From: a virus
Lineage: Duplodnaviria; Caudoviricetes
Direction: 5' to 3' (one strand)
Length of the DNA: 64,000 nucleotides
IMG/VR virus record: IMGVR_UViG_3300028833_000057
Span: 64,001 to 128,000 of that record
Within the stretch, counting starts at the first letter, position 1. Each line of letters begins with the position of its first letter. Shown here piece by piece: positions 1 through 8,848 of this stretch. Position numbers and translations under genes: made by a program. The notes below the pieces were generated by a model. The model was not told where the DNA came from. It worked only from the letters and a program-made list of their open reading frames with translations, and searched no databases.

Positions 1-371
1 CCAGGTGCAAAATATCCTTTATAATGAGAGGACATTGCATCATCAGGAACTATTACTACCTTACATTTATCCTTACATGGACAAGGTGGTTCCGGAGGAC
101 AAGGTGGCTTTGGATGAGGACACCCATATAGTAATGCTGCAGATACAGTTGACGCATTTATAGGATCAACTTCAATACGGTTGATGCATAAATGTTTCAT
201 ACGAGAGTACTCGATAGCCATACCAAGACCATCGGCAGTATTCCATACAAAACGACTTGGTTGAGCTTCAGCTTCAATTGCCGTAGCATTCATTGTGCTT
301 ACATAATCTTCAAGATGTGCATCGACACCATTGGAAACCTTAGTATCATATTTTACACGAATATAAATCAT
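1..371 (-). CDS. partial CDS running off the window start, Pro/Cys-rich segment; possible virion protein
   Basis: Manually translated open frame from ATG at 371 (MIYIRVKYDTKVSNG...GCPHPKPPCPPEPPCPCKDKCK...); abuts the stop of the upstream gene. Confidence 0.75.
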   Translation of the reverse strand, partial: MIYIRVKYDTKVSNGVDAHLEDYVSTMNATAIEAEAQPSRFVWNTADGLGMAIEYSRMKHLCINRIEVDPINASTVSAALLYGCPHPKPPCPPEPPCPCKDKCKVVIVPDDAMSSHYKGYFAP

Positions 372-372
372 A

Positions 373-1743
373 TTATCCCTCCTCAGTTTCATTGTTTATA
401 GGTTTAACTTCTACAATTATAACTTCGGACTTCATAGGTATGAATGTATATGTAGGTATAAATGTATCAGGATCTTCCTTTGGTACTAAGACGCATTCTT
501 TGCAAGGCGTAGGTTTATAGTAGACCTTACTTGCAATATATCCTTCATCTGGATTTACTACAAATTTAAATTCATGATATCTTTCAGTATGAGTATTGAA
601 ACCTTCAGCAGCGGCAATAATATAATGATTGCCTTCTGTAAGAGTTATATCAACCATATCATGAGCTTTTATAGTAAACTCAACATCACCAGTAATATTC
701 TTAAGAATTATATTTCCGGTATCTTTATTTAATTCGCATTCGCATACTTCTGGATTCTTTACAATAAGTTCCTTAACATCATAAGATGAGCCTATTGCTG
801 CAAAAGGAATCTTATATTCAGTGTCACGATTCACTCTCTTAGGATATCTTGCTAGTACGCAATTTATAGCCGTGAAATCAAGAGCAAATTCACCAAATGA
901 AAGACATACTTTTACAATAATATCCTTAGTAACTTTATGTATGTGATATACATTATTTTCTGGAACTAGTTCTTCATTCTCTATAAATATTTTATTTACT
1001 TCATACTGTTCAGATTCAACGCTAAAAGTAAAACTACAATCATAACCCATTCTTACATTGAACTCGTCCGGCGTTAAAGCTATTGGAGTACAGTGTTCTA
1101 ATGGATTACCTTCCATGTCAGTAAATGTAATAGAGAACTTAGTATCATAGTTCATATCATCCATAGTAGCATCTCTGTAGTCAAATAAAGAATCAAATGT
1201 ATCTTCATCTAGACTAACAAATTTTAATGCACTAGGAATAAATAATAACCAATGCTTAAATCTGCATTTAAATATATCTTCAACAGCGGGATCTAGCGAC
1301 GCTCTCTCAATAGTCATATATTCATTGGTAATATAAACATTATCACGATACTGATCCATTAAGGTTAGCATTGAATACTTAGAAGCATTAAATGCAGCGG
1401 CATCTTCTGTTGAAATATTTTTCAGCTTTAATACTACATAATCAAAAGATGGAGTAATAACGCCAACAACATGCCAAGGAGCATCTACATCTTTAAGGAC
1501 ATTATTGACTTTCTGAATGAAGTAACCAAAATAATGCCTATATAGACGTTCTTTATCATTAGCTATAGCTTTGATGGCTAAGAGTTCTTGGTCTGGATAC
1601 TTAAATTTTCCAATTTTAAATCCAGGAGCCTTAGGAATTACCGTATACGGAAATCTATCCTTAGGTTTATAACGACTTAGCCCTTCTACACCACAGCCTA
1701 AAGGATTTTCCAGCTTTACTGGTAGTATAGGGGAACGTTTCAT
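373..1743 (-). CDS. hypothetical late protein, beta-rich repeated C-terminal domains; possible virion protein
   Basis: 456-aa ORF; preceded by late-promoter motif AACA-CTTAAT-TG at 1765-1776. Confidence 0.55.
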   Translation of the reverse strand: MKRSPILPVKLENPLGCGVEGLSRYKPKDRFPYTVIPKAPGFKIGKFKYPDQELLAIKAIANDKERLYRHYFGYFIQKVNNVLKDVDAPWHVVGVITPSFDYVVLKLKNISTEDAAAFNASKYSMLTLMDQYRDNVYITNEYMTIERASLDPAVEDIFKCRFKHWLLFIPSALKFVSLDEDTFDSLFDYRDATMDDMNYDTKFSITFTDMEGNPLEHCTPIALTPDEFNVRMGYDCSFTFSVESEQYEVNKIFIENEELVPENNVYHIHKVTKDIIVKVCLSFGEFALDFTAINCVLARYPKRVNRDTEYKIPFAAIGSSYDVKELIVKNPEVCECELNKDTGNIILKNITGDVEFTIKAHDMVDITLTEGNHYIIAAAEGFNTHTERYHEFKFVVNPDEGYIASKVYYKPTPCKECVLVPKEDPDTFIPTYTFIPMKSEVIIVEVKPINNETEEG

Positions 1744-1764
1744 AATGGTATACCTATAAGTTTA

Positions 1765-1776
1765 CAATTAAGTGTT
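1765..1776 (-). promoter_or_regulatory. AR9-type late (nvRNAP) promoter AACA-N6-TG
   Basis: Exact motif about 20 nt upstream of the ATG; the same motif recurs before other structural genes. Confidence 0.6.
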
Positions 1777-1839
1777 GACGATTTCTTAAGAATATAAACT
1801 TTGTAAAAAAAAAATATGCCACATGAATGGCATATTTAT

Positions 1840-2274
1840 TTACTTAATAGTATGAATAAAACCATCACCAATCACAATATCATAGTCGGTGCCTTTGGTA
1901 TGCTGAAGAATATCATCGTAAATAATTTCTCTATCATTTACAAAGATAAGAATATCACCTGTACCATCATCGCAACGAATATAATTCTCTATGTAGAGAT
2001 TTGGTAAGTTTTTATCTTTCTCTAAGATCTGAATAATTCCTGTTGAATCAGGTTCAATTTCATTATATTCTTGTGGTGGAAATAATTCTGCATCACAGAC
2101 AACATAAACGTTATATACATGATTATGATCTGTAAGTTCAAACTTGTCATGCATAGGGCCAAATGCTAAAACTTTAGCTATTGCATCTTTAATATAATCC
2201 GTAAAAGGAATATTAAATCTAGAAAGAATATAGTTTACTATATCTTCGTATGTTTTGTGCTGAATGGGATTCAT
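1840..2274 (-). CDS. hypothetical protein
   Basis: 144-aa ORF with AGGT RBS-like sequence. Confidence 0.7.
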   Translation of the reverse strand: MNPIQHKTYEDIVNYILSRFNIPFTDYIKDAIAKVLAFGPMHDKFELTDHNHVYNVYVVCDAELFPPQEYNEIEPDSTGIIQILEKDKNLPNLYIENYIRCDDGTGDILIFVNDREIIYDDILQHTKGTDYDIVIGDGFIHTIK

Positions 2275-2285
2275 AAGGTACCTAT

Positions 2286-2323
2286 AAAAAAATTTAGGAG
2301 GATGTGTTTACACATCCTCCTAA
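2286..2323 (-). terminator. intrinsic terminator
   Basis: 13-bp stem TTAGGAGGATGTG/CACATCCTCCTAA followed by a T-run on the minus strand. Confidence 0.85.
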
Positions 2324-2755
2324 GTCTGCTAATACTATATATAAATATTACTTTGAAAGAGAATATTTATATAGCTACTAGTAGATCACATTCAGAGCAT
2401 GGTTGTACATCATATCATATTTCATAAGCTAGGCTTATACCTCATACAATATTTCACAACAACTCGTCTTACTAGGATACGTTTGCGAATATAAAACTCC
2501 TTGCTAGATCTCTACCGCATACCGCAGAGACCTATATCGACGCAAAATTATAGACAGCTACTCTTCACCCATGGACATCAAATACTAGCCACCGCAGCGG
2601 CACTGGATTCAAAGCCTTGATACATAAAGTATTTTAATTCGATTCCTTCCAGCACTCGATCAATGCCGGATCTACTTGAATTCTGTATAACCGCATACAT
2701 AAGTAATAAAAGTACACTTACTTCGTTACAATACAGCGCTATACTGCAACTAAGT
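2324..2755 (-). ncRNA. candidate ~430-nt structured ncRNA with four UGCGGU motifs
   Basis: No ORF of 60 aa or more; lies between a TATATTAA promoter (2762-2769) and a terminator; several hairpins whose G-U pairs work only on the minus strand. Confidence 0.6.
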
Positions 2756-2779
2756 CAAATATTAATATAATATTGAAAT

Positions 2780-3193
2780 TTAACCGATCTTAAACATTAC
2801 AGTTCTAAAGATTTGGATTATATTTCCTAAGATCCCTTTAATAGCTTCATCAGGTATAGACTCTGCAAGTTTATTAGACTGATCTATACAAGAAATGCAA
2901 ATCTTATTCATGAAATCTGCACTCCATTCAGGAGTAAACTCAGGATTTCTTTCTCTTCTATATGGTTGTTTGCTTAGTACAACATAGCTTTCTGCAAGAG
3001 CATCTATAGGATCTATTAATCCTTTATAAACTTCTTCAGTAGCTAAATGAACATATGCTTTAGTATTCCAGTGCCATATTTGAAACTGTGTAGTGACTTC
3101 CTGCAAAGAATTAATATACACTGCTAACGGCTGTATAAATGCTGGAACAGGTGTTACCTGTTGTTGCTGCTGCATAATAGAATCATTTTCCAT
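2780..3193 (-). CDS. ferritin/Dps-like four-helix protein (DUF5856-like)
   Basis: HWNTKAYVHLATEEVY...IDALAE motif typical of Dps-like phage proteins; late promoter AACT-TTGAAT-TG at 3211-3222. Confidence 0.65.
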   Translation of the reverse strand: MENDSIMQQQQQVTPVPAFIQPLAVYINSLQEVTTQFQIWHWNTKAYVHLATEEVYKGLIDPIDALAESYVVLSKQPYRRERNPEFTPEWSADFMNKICISCIDQSNKLAESIPDEAIKGILGNIIQIFRTVMFKIG

Positions 3194-3281
3194 TTTAAAA
3201 CCTCTGTTTACAATTCAAAGTTCATAATAAAAAAAAGAAAGCCATGTAGAATTAACTACATGGCTCTTTATAGTATTAGCG

Positions 3282-3938
3282 TTATTGTAGAACGCTAGCT
3301 TTGAACTTCTCGAATTCTGCATCGGAATTACGAGCAGTAAAAGAGGTATTCTTGACAACGGCAACCTTAGAAAGAGCCTTGACTTCTGCCTTAGCTTGTT
3401 GATCAAAGCTTTCATCCTTGATGTCTTCTTCGATTTCCTGCAAGAAGTCTGCAATATCAGACGGTACACCATCATCGGTAGTAAAGTCTGCAATAGCATT
3501 AACTTCAGCCATAGTACGAAGATCGGCAATTTTCGCCATAACATCACCAATGGTGATATCATAGTTGGAAACAGCTTCATCAATTTTAGCCTTGGCTTCA
3601 TTAGCCTTTTCAAGAGCCTTCTGATACATTTCTACTGCTCTCTTAGCAGTCTCATACATCTTGTACTGAAGTTTGGCATTAACTTCATCACCATGCTTAA
3701 GGAAATCTTCCGCATGAGCCAATGCTTGATTAGCATTGTCTGTTGCCGTGTTGATTCTGTCTTCGATAGTGATGACATTCTTATGCACTGCTTCTGCATG
3801 CTTCTCAAGAAGTTTCTTCTTTTTCTTCAGCTGTTCAGCAGCATGGTCAAGACGTTCCTGATAAGTGGTAAGCTTTCCGAGGACTTTCTTACCAGAAGTA
3901 AATTTGATTTTGAAGAAGTCGATGATACCGATTCCCAT
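3282..3938 (-). CDS. PspA/IM30-like coiled-coil protein
   Basis: 218 aa, all-helical heptad pattern; 'ANQALAHAEDFLKHGDEVNAK' and C-terminal 'DAEFEKFK' resemble PspA. Confidence 0.6.
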   Translation of the reverse strand: MGIGIIDFFKIKFTSGKKVLGKLTTYQERLDHAAEQLKKKKKLLEKHAEAVHKNVITIEDRINTATDNANQALAHAEDFLKHGDEVNAKLQYKMYETAKRAVEMYQKALEKANEAKAKIDEAVSNYDITIGDVMAKIADLRTMAEVNAIADFTTDDGVPSDIADFLQEIEEDIKDESFDQQAKAEVKALSKVAVVKNTSFTARNSDAEFEKFKASVLQ

Positions 3939-3967
3939 TTTTTATTCCTTTGTTGTTTTGTGTGTGA

Positions 3968-4663
3968 CTAGAGTTTGTCTATATAATTCTTAAATAATAA
4001 TATTTCATCTGGATCACTTACGGCATTATAATAACCTATATTTAAACGTAAGTGTGTTATATATGGTAAAGATTTTCTAGTATCCATAAAGCATTCATAT
4101 GAAGTATAATACTGTCTATAAATATATTTTTCCATGGCATCTTTATTTGACCACATCATTAATAACAGATTACGGACAAATATATACAATGGATAAATAT
4201 CCATATCTTCTTCATCATAAAGATCTATATCACAATCAGCAATTCTTTGGAGTTTTTCATAACTACAAGACTTTAAAAAGTCTAATAGAATTTTTAAGCT
4301 TAAAGATGAATTCTTTTCTATCCAGTTTGAAGAATAAATATTATGATAAAAATCTTTTACATAAAATTCTATAAATGTATCACTTGATTCAGATTTTATA
4401 TTCTTAAAGATAATTGCGATTTTTAGATGACCTTTAGTAGTTATTGAAAAATTAATTTTCAACAATATGGGCTTTTTTAAATTTATACCCCATAATTCTT
4501 TTCTACATTTAATAAAATGCCTATAACTAAAATGTCGTATCTTATCAAAAGAATATTTTGGCTGAATACCTGCTAAATTTTTAATTTTCTTATTATTATA
4601 GATCTCGGATGCTATTGCGATTGCAATAACTATTAAAAATGTATAACATATAAAAAGAAGCAT
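3968..4663 (-). CDS. hypothetical protein with N-terminal membrane anchor
   Basis: Hydrophobic N-terminal 20 aa; early promoter at 4687-4694. Confidence 0.6.
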   Translation of the reverse strand: MLLFICYTFLIVIAIAIASEIYNNKKIKNLAGIQPKYSFDKIRHFSYRHFIKCRKELWGINLKKPILLKINFSITTKGHLKIAIIFKNIKSESSDTFIEFYVKDFYHNIYSSNWIEKNSSLSLKILLDFLKSCSYEKLQRIADCDIDLYDEEDMDIYPLYIFVRNLLLMMWSNKDAMEKYIYRQYYTSYECFMDTRKSLPYITHLRLNIGYYNAVSDPDEILLFKNYIDKL

Positions 4664-4734
4664 AAAATTTCCTATGTTATCACATTTTAATATATAAATA
4701 ATCTAATGGACTGATGTCCATTAGATTATAGAAT

Positions 4735-6003
4735 TTATTTAAAGCGAGATTTTTTGCCTTTCTTAATCTCTTCAATTTCTTTATCAAGACTATTAGCTGT
4801 AGTATCAATGCTAAAAAGTTTTGTCCATAATTTAGCAGTAATAGCACTTGGTGTAAAGTTTTCTCTAGGCTTTGCTTTAAGATTTTCGTATATAAGCTTA
4901 AGAGATTTAATTTTATCCCTAAGCTCCGCGCATATTTCCTTATTACCTTTACAACTATCTAAGTCCTTTTCATAGCACACAATTATAGACTCAATACGAG
5001 TTAATACAGATGTAGAATTAATGCATTCTACTTTATTTGAAACCCAATTATATGCTACGGCAGATACTGTAAATACTTCAGCATATAAATCTAAAAAGCT
5101 ATTAAAACTTTTAGCAGATGGTGTATTTTTATCTTGAGATTGAAATTTATTTATAACTGCATTTAATTCTTTACTATATCCATAATGCTCAATAAATTGC
5201 TCTGTAAATGTATTAACCTCATTATAATCAACTCCAAATATTTTATTTATAATATCAAGAGTTGTATTAATTGGAGACGTAAAGCAAGATAATGCTGCAA
5301 GGATAGGCCCAATAGCTACAAGTGCACCTGCACCAAGCATAGATCCCATCTTATTCATGAATTGCATTAATTCAGCATTAGATAATCCATGATAAGATTG
5401 CATAGATTCGTTTATATAAGAAGGAGCTATTTCTAATATTGGTTCTTCAGATTTAGTATCGCTATTAGAGTTTGATATAGCAGATAGTATATTTAGTGAT
5501 TGTATAATACTAATAGTAACCTTCTTTCCGGATGTCCATGCATAGAAGCTATATGCTAATTGTTGAAGAATAAGAGCTACTATTTCTCTAGAATTATAAG
5601 CTTCATCTCCGAAGACTTTGGAAGCGCTAATAGCAATATTACAATAAAGAATTGGTTTTTCACATTTGTAGGCATTCTTTATATATTCTAGATCTTTAAT
5701 ATCAATTTTTTTCTGTGTTCCATACGACAAAGTTACATGACATAAAGACGTTGTTGCACTAGAAAAGCCATATTCTTCATTACCATTATATAAACCAAGA
5801 GATGCGGTATTTAAGTTTACATTAACATCTTTAAAATTAAATAGCTCTCTAATGACATCGCTTATTTCTTTTAAAGTTTTAAATGCTTCTACTTGTCTAT
5901 TTTTGCGATATTGGTCTCTAGCGTGATTGATGATCTTTTCAAGGCTTCTAATATTAGAATCTCCTTGATATGTCTCATTCGCCACAGAAAATAAATTTTT
6001 CAT
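4735..6003 (-). CDS. putative virion/head protein, degenerate zincin-like
   Basis: Likely start MKNLFSVANE (AAGGA RBS); 'REIVALILQQLAYSF' resembles a degenerate ExxAxxxHExGH motif; A-N-E site near the N-terminus. Confidence 0.45.
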   Translation of the reverse strand: MKNLFSVANETYQGDSNIRSLEKIINHARDQYRKNRQVEAFKTLKEISDVIRELFNFKDVNVNLNTASLGLYNGNEEYGFSSATTSLCHVTLSYGTQKKIDIKDLEYIKNAYKCEKPILYCNIAISASKVFGDEAYNSREIVALILQQLAYSFYAWTSGKKVTISIIQSLNILSAISNSNSDTKSEEPILEIAPSYINESMQSYHGLSNAELMQFMNKMGSMLGAGALVAIGPILAALSCFTSPINTTLDIINKIFGVDYNEVNTFTEQFIEHYGYSKELNAVINKFQSQDKNTPSAKSFNSFLDLYAEVFTVSAVAYNWVSNKVECINSTSVLTRIESIIVCYEKDLDSCKGNKEICAELRDKIKSLKLIYENLKAKPRENFTPSAITAKLWTKLFSIDTTANSLDKEIEEIKKGKKSRFK

Positions 6004-6037
6004 ATTGGATCCTTTATAATATTTATACAATATTATG

Positions 6038-6562
6038 TCAGATTTCATTTATACTCTTAATAAATAAAGCATCTTTATCATTAAAATGATTAAATATCCA
6101 TTTTGCTTTATATGCTTTAGCTTCATGATTATTTAATCCAGGATTATAATCATAAATAATATTTCTAATTCCTGCATCTAATAATTGGATTGCGCAAGCT
6201 GCACATGGATATGCAGTCACTACACATATTAAAGATGGAAAATAATAATTATGCCATCTATAACGCATACTATTTAATGCAGAAATTTCTGCATGAGTAA
6301 CTATTTCTCTTTTATTAAGAGTAACGCCGTTTCCGATATCAACATCCTTCTTCTCCCAAATAGAAGAAAAAGAAGAGTCGCATGAAAGTCTAATCGGGAG
6401 TATATTGAACCCTCTGGAAATACGATTTCCATTAGGATCCAATATACTACACCCGATTTGGACTATTTTATCTTCAGACACTTGTTTAGCCAAGGTCTTC
6501 AGCTCGTTCATTTCATCAAGCAGCTTTCTTTTTAGAGATAGTGAAAAGTTCATTGTCTTCAT
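6038..6562 (-). CDS. dCMP deaminase family zinc deaminase
   Basis: HAE and PCAAC zinc motifs, GFN motif, 'LLDAGIRNIIY'. Confidence 0.85.
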   Translation of the reverse strand: MKTMNFSLSLKRKLLDEMNELKTLAKQVSEDKIVQIGCSILDPNGNRISRGFNILPIRLSCDSSFSSIWEKKDVDIGNGVTLNKREIVTHAEISALNSMRYRWHNYYFPSLICVVTAYPCAACAIQLLDAGIRNIIYDYNPGLNNHEAKAYKAKWIFNHFNDKDALFIKSINEI

Positions 6563-7547
6563 AATTGAAAGTTACGGAAACAAGATCTTTCTCCTTCTCT
6601 AATTCTGCATTATTTAATGCAGCCAAACGCTGAAGATAAGGAATCATAAGGTTAGATACTCTAGGATTGGTTGCCAAGAACATTCTCACCCAATCATTAA
6701 GGGTACGGGCAGAAACTTCTCCAATCATATCCTTAATATTTTCGAATATCGCCTTAATATTAGTCGTAGAATTAAGTTCTACAGTTCCACGAGTAATATG
6801 ATAAAGGAATCTGCAGAAGCTCATGTCTGAATCTTTAAAATTATTCGTATCGAGAACTTTATCTCCATAATACGCAATCTTGCCTTCAGTATGCAAGTTA
6901 TCAACTTCATTAAGAGCCATGTTTGCCAAACGCTTGTTATCTACTGGCATGTCTTCCACCTTTAGGACAGTTAGAACGTTCTTAATTATATCTAATCTTT
7001 CTAAAGTAATATCTACATTATCTGTAATTAATGCAAGAATTGCAGGATAATACTCATGTGTAGATTCTCTTGAATAATGCGCTAATTCTGCAAGTATATC
7101 TGCAGACAATGCAGTATCCGTACCATCATACATATTAAGTATCATAAATCCATTAATAGAACGCGCATTAGATGCTATAAATTCAGTTATTAGTATCATC
7201 ATGAAAGCTAAGATATCATATGTATCACAGCCTTCAAAAAACGCTTCTCTATTTGCATATTCAATTTCTTCATATGTAAAATAATCCTTCATATTATCAT
7301 TCATTACCATTGCAGTACATAAACGATCATATACTTCAGGATTTTTAGGCATAAGTTCATCATCAAAAAATTCTGTCAATAAGGCATTTGTATTAAGATA
7401 AATGAACTTTTCCGACGGATCTCTATAGAGTAAATTGAGGCACTCATTCTCAATAACATTCTCAGTATTATCAATAATGCGTGCCGCCAATTTCTCTTTA
7501 TATAAACCCATCGCAATTACGCCATTCATAATAGAATGGAGATTCAT
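6516..7547 (-). CDS. hypothetical helical protein directly downstream of the JAB gene
   Basis: 343-aa ORF starting 3 nt after the JAB stop codon. Confidence 0.7.
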   Translation of the reverse strand: MNLHSIMNGVIAMGLYKEKLAARIIDNTENVIENECLNLLYRDPSEKFIYLNTNALLTEFFDDELMPKNPEVYDRLCTAMVMNDNMKDYFTYEEIEYANREAFFEGCDTYDILAFMMILITEFIASNARSINGFMILNMYDGTDTALSADILAELAHYSRESTHEYYPAILALITDNVDITLERLDIIKNVLTVLKVEDMPVDNKRLANMALNEVDNLHTEGKIAYYGDKVLDTNNFKDSDMSFCRFLYHITRGTVELNSTTNIKAIFENIKDMIGEVSARTLNDWVRMFLATNPRVSNLMIPYLQRLAALNNAELEKEKDLVSVTFNYEDNELFTISKKKAA

Positions 7548-7550
7548 GAT

Positions 7551-8246
7551 TTACCAGTACCATGCACGTCTGGGTTTGATTTTCTTCTTCTTAGATTTCT
7601 TGTTCCAATTAGCAGTACCACCATAGTAACTACCGTAGTAATTACGACCATAAAGCTGATCATAATTATAACCAGTAGAAGTGTAGCCATAGTCTTTCCA
7701 AGAAACCTTTTCTTTGAATAATTCTTCAGTTGCGCCATTTTCAGCAGCTAAAGCTTTAGCAGCTTTAAGCCGTTGCATAAATGTTGTCGCGTCTAAATTT
7801 TCTGCACACTTTACGTCTGCAGGTATATGTACAAATGAACCATCTGCAATCTTGATAGTAATAACACCATCAGGTGTTTGACCACCATCAAGGAAGATAA
7901 ATGATACATCAAAATCTTTATTAACGTATTCCCAGTCAGTTCCTGAGAATGAACGACAGCCGCTCGGATGCCTATGACATGCAGCATTGTAAATCTGCTT
8001 ATCAGAAGCATACTCATCAAAGGCAATGCTTGCAGCAGTAACATTCTGCTTAGGCATTTCCCAGACTTCTGGAGCAATGTTAGCTGTTAAATTTTCTAAA
8101 TCTATATCTGCACTTAAGAATAAACCATATTCTTGACCATGACTAAAATCGCAAAATGCTTGCATGGTTCCCAGAATATCCATCGGCACTAAAATTGTGC
8201 CACGCTTGAAATACTTGTCGCCAGTTTCTAATGCGTACTTTCCCAT
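7551..8246 (-). CDS. JAB/JAMM (MPN+) metallo-isopeptidase
   Basis: Catalytic Glu (QEYGLFL), 'PKQNVTAASI', and HRHPSGCRSFSGTD matching HxH-x7-S-x2-D; Tyr/Gly-rich then basic tail. Confidence 0.88.
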   Translation of the reverse strand: MGKYALETGDKYFKRGTILVPMDILGTMQAFCDFSHGQEYGLFLSADIDLENLTANIAPEVWEMPKQNVTAASIAFDEYASDKQIYNAACHRHPSGCRSFSGTDWEYVNKDFDVSFIFLDGGQTPDGVITIKIADGSFVHIPADVKCAENLDATTFMQRLKAAKALAAENGATEELFKEKVSWKDYGYTSTGYNYDQLYGRNYYGSYYGGTANWNKKSKKKKIKPRRAWYW

Positions 8247-8261
8247 GAATCTTGTTCCTTT

Positions 8262-8294
8262 AAAAAAGAAAGCCGTAGGGGTTTCCTACGGCTT
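8262..8294 (-). terminator. intrinsic terminator between the Ubl and JAB genes
   Basis: 10-bp stem AAGCCGTAGG/CCTACGGCTT followed by TCTTTTTT. Confidence 0.8.
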
Positions 8295-8312
8295 AGAGTT
8301 CAACAGCAGAGA

Positions 8313-8813
8313 CTAGGCGTTGAAAATTGCCGGTCTAATGACCAGGGTGTCGCCATCCTGGATTTCAGACGGAGCAATGGACTGACCGTTGCGGTACAAG
8401 TCAGCCTTGTTGATACGGTTAGAACTCATGAGGCGGTGCATTTCAGCCACGACATCTTCGGTGTTGGCACCGGTGATATCGGCTTCAGTCTGAAGCGTTG
8501 CGCCAGAGCTCATGATCTGCACATGAACATGCAGACCCTGAGAAGCGGCAACTGCGCTGGAACGAACAACGGTAGAAGTCGTTGCAGCAACGGCTTCAGC
8601 AGCAGTGTCCTTTTCCTGATAGGTACCAGAGATACCACCCGGACGGGACACGGTCAGAGCATCACGCACTGCCTTCACACGAGTAGCCTTCGTGACGATC
8701 AACGTCCACGAAGCGTTCAACTTTTCTGCAACCTGCTTATTGGTCAGGTGCGAGTTCCAAGTTTCGATAAATTCATCATTATCGAGCTGAGCCAAAGAGG
8801 TCTTCTGAGCCAT
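8313..8813 (-). CDS. ubiquitin-like (beta-grasp, ThiS/MoaD-type) protein with N-terminal HTH-like domain
   Basis: C-terminal 'LYRNGQSIAPSEIQDGDTLVIRPAIFNA' matches the ThiS/MoaD/Ubl ending (NG...LxDGDxxxIxP); Ala/Thr/Ser linker; N-terminal 'LTNKQVAEKLNASWTLI'; lies between E1 and JAB. Confidence 0.75.
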   Translation of the reverse strand: MAQKTSLAQLDNDEFIETWNSHLTNKQVAEKLNASWTLIVTKATRVKAVRDALTVSRPGGISGTYQEKDTAAEAVAATTSTVVRSSAVAASQGLHVHVQIMSSGATLQTEADITGANTEDVVAEMHRLMSSNRINKADLYRNGQSIAPSEIQDGDTLVIRPAIFNA

Positions 8814-8848
8814 CTTTTACTTCCTTTAAGTTTGTTAGGTTGTGAGTT

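Noticed and set aside
8247-8315. The Ubl TAG stop is in frame with JAB via a second TAG, suggesting amber recoding or a Ubl-JAB fusion
   Set aside because: Long genes are intact under the standard code and TAG ends genes normally; the spacer is a terminator and JAB has its own RBS.
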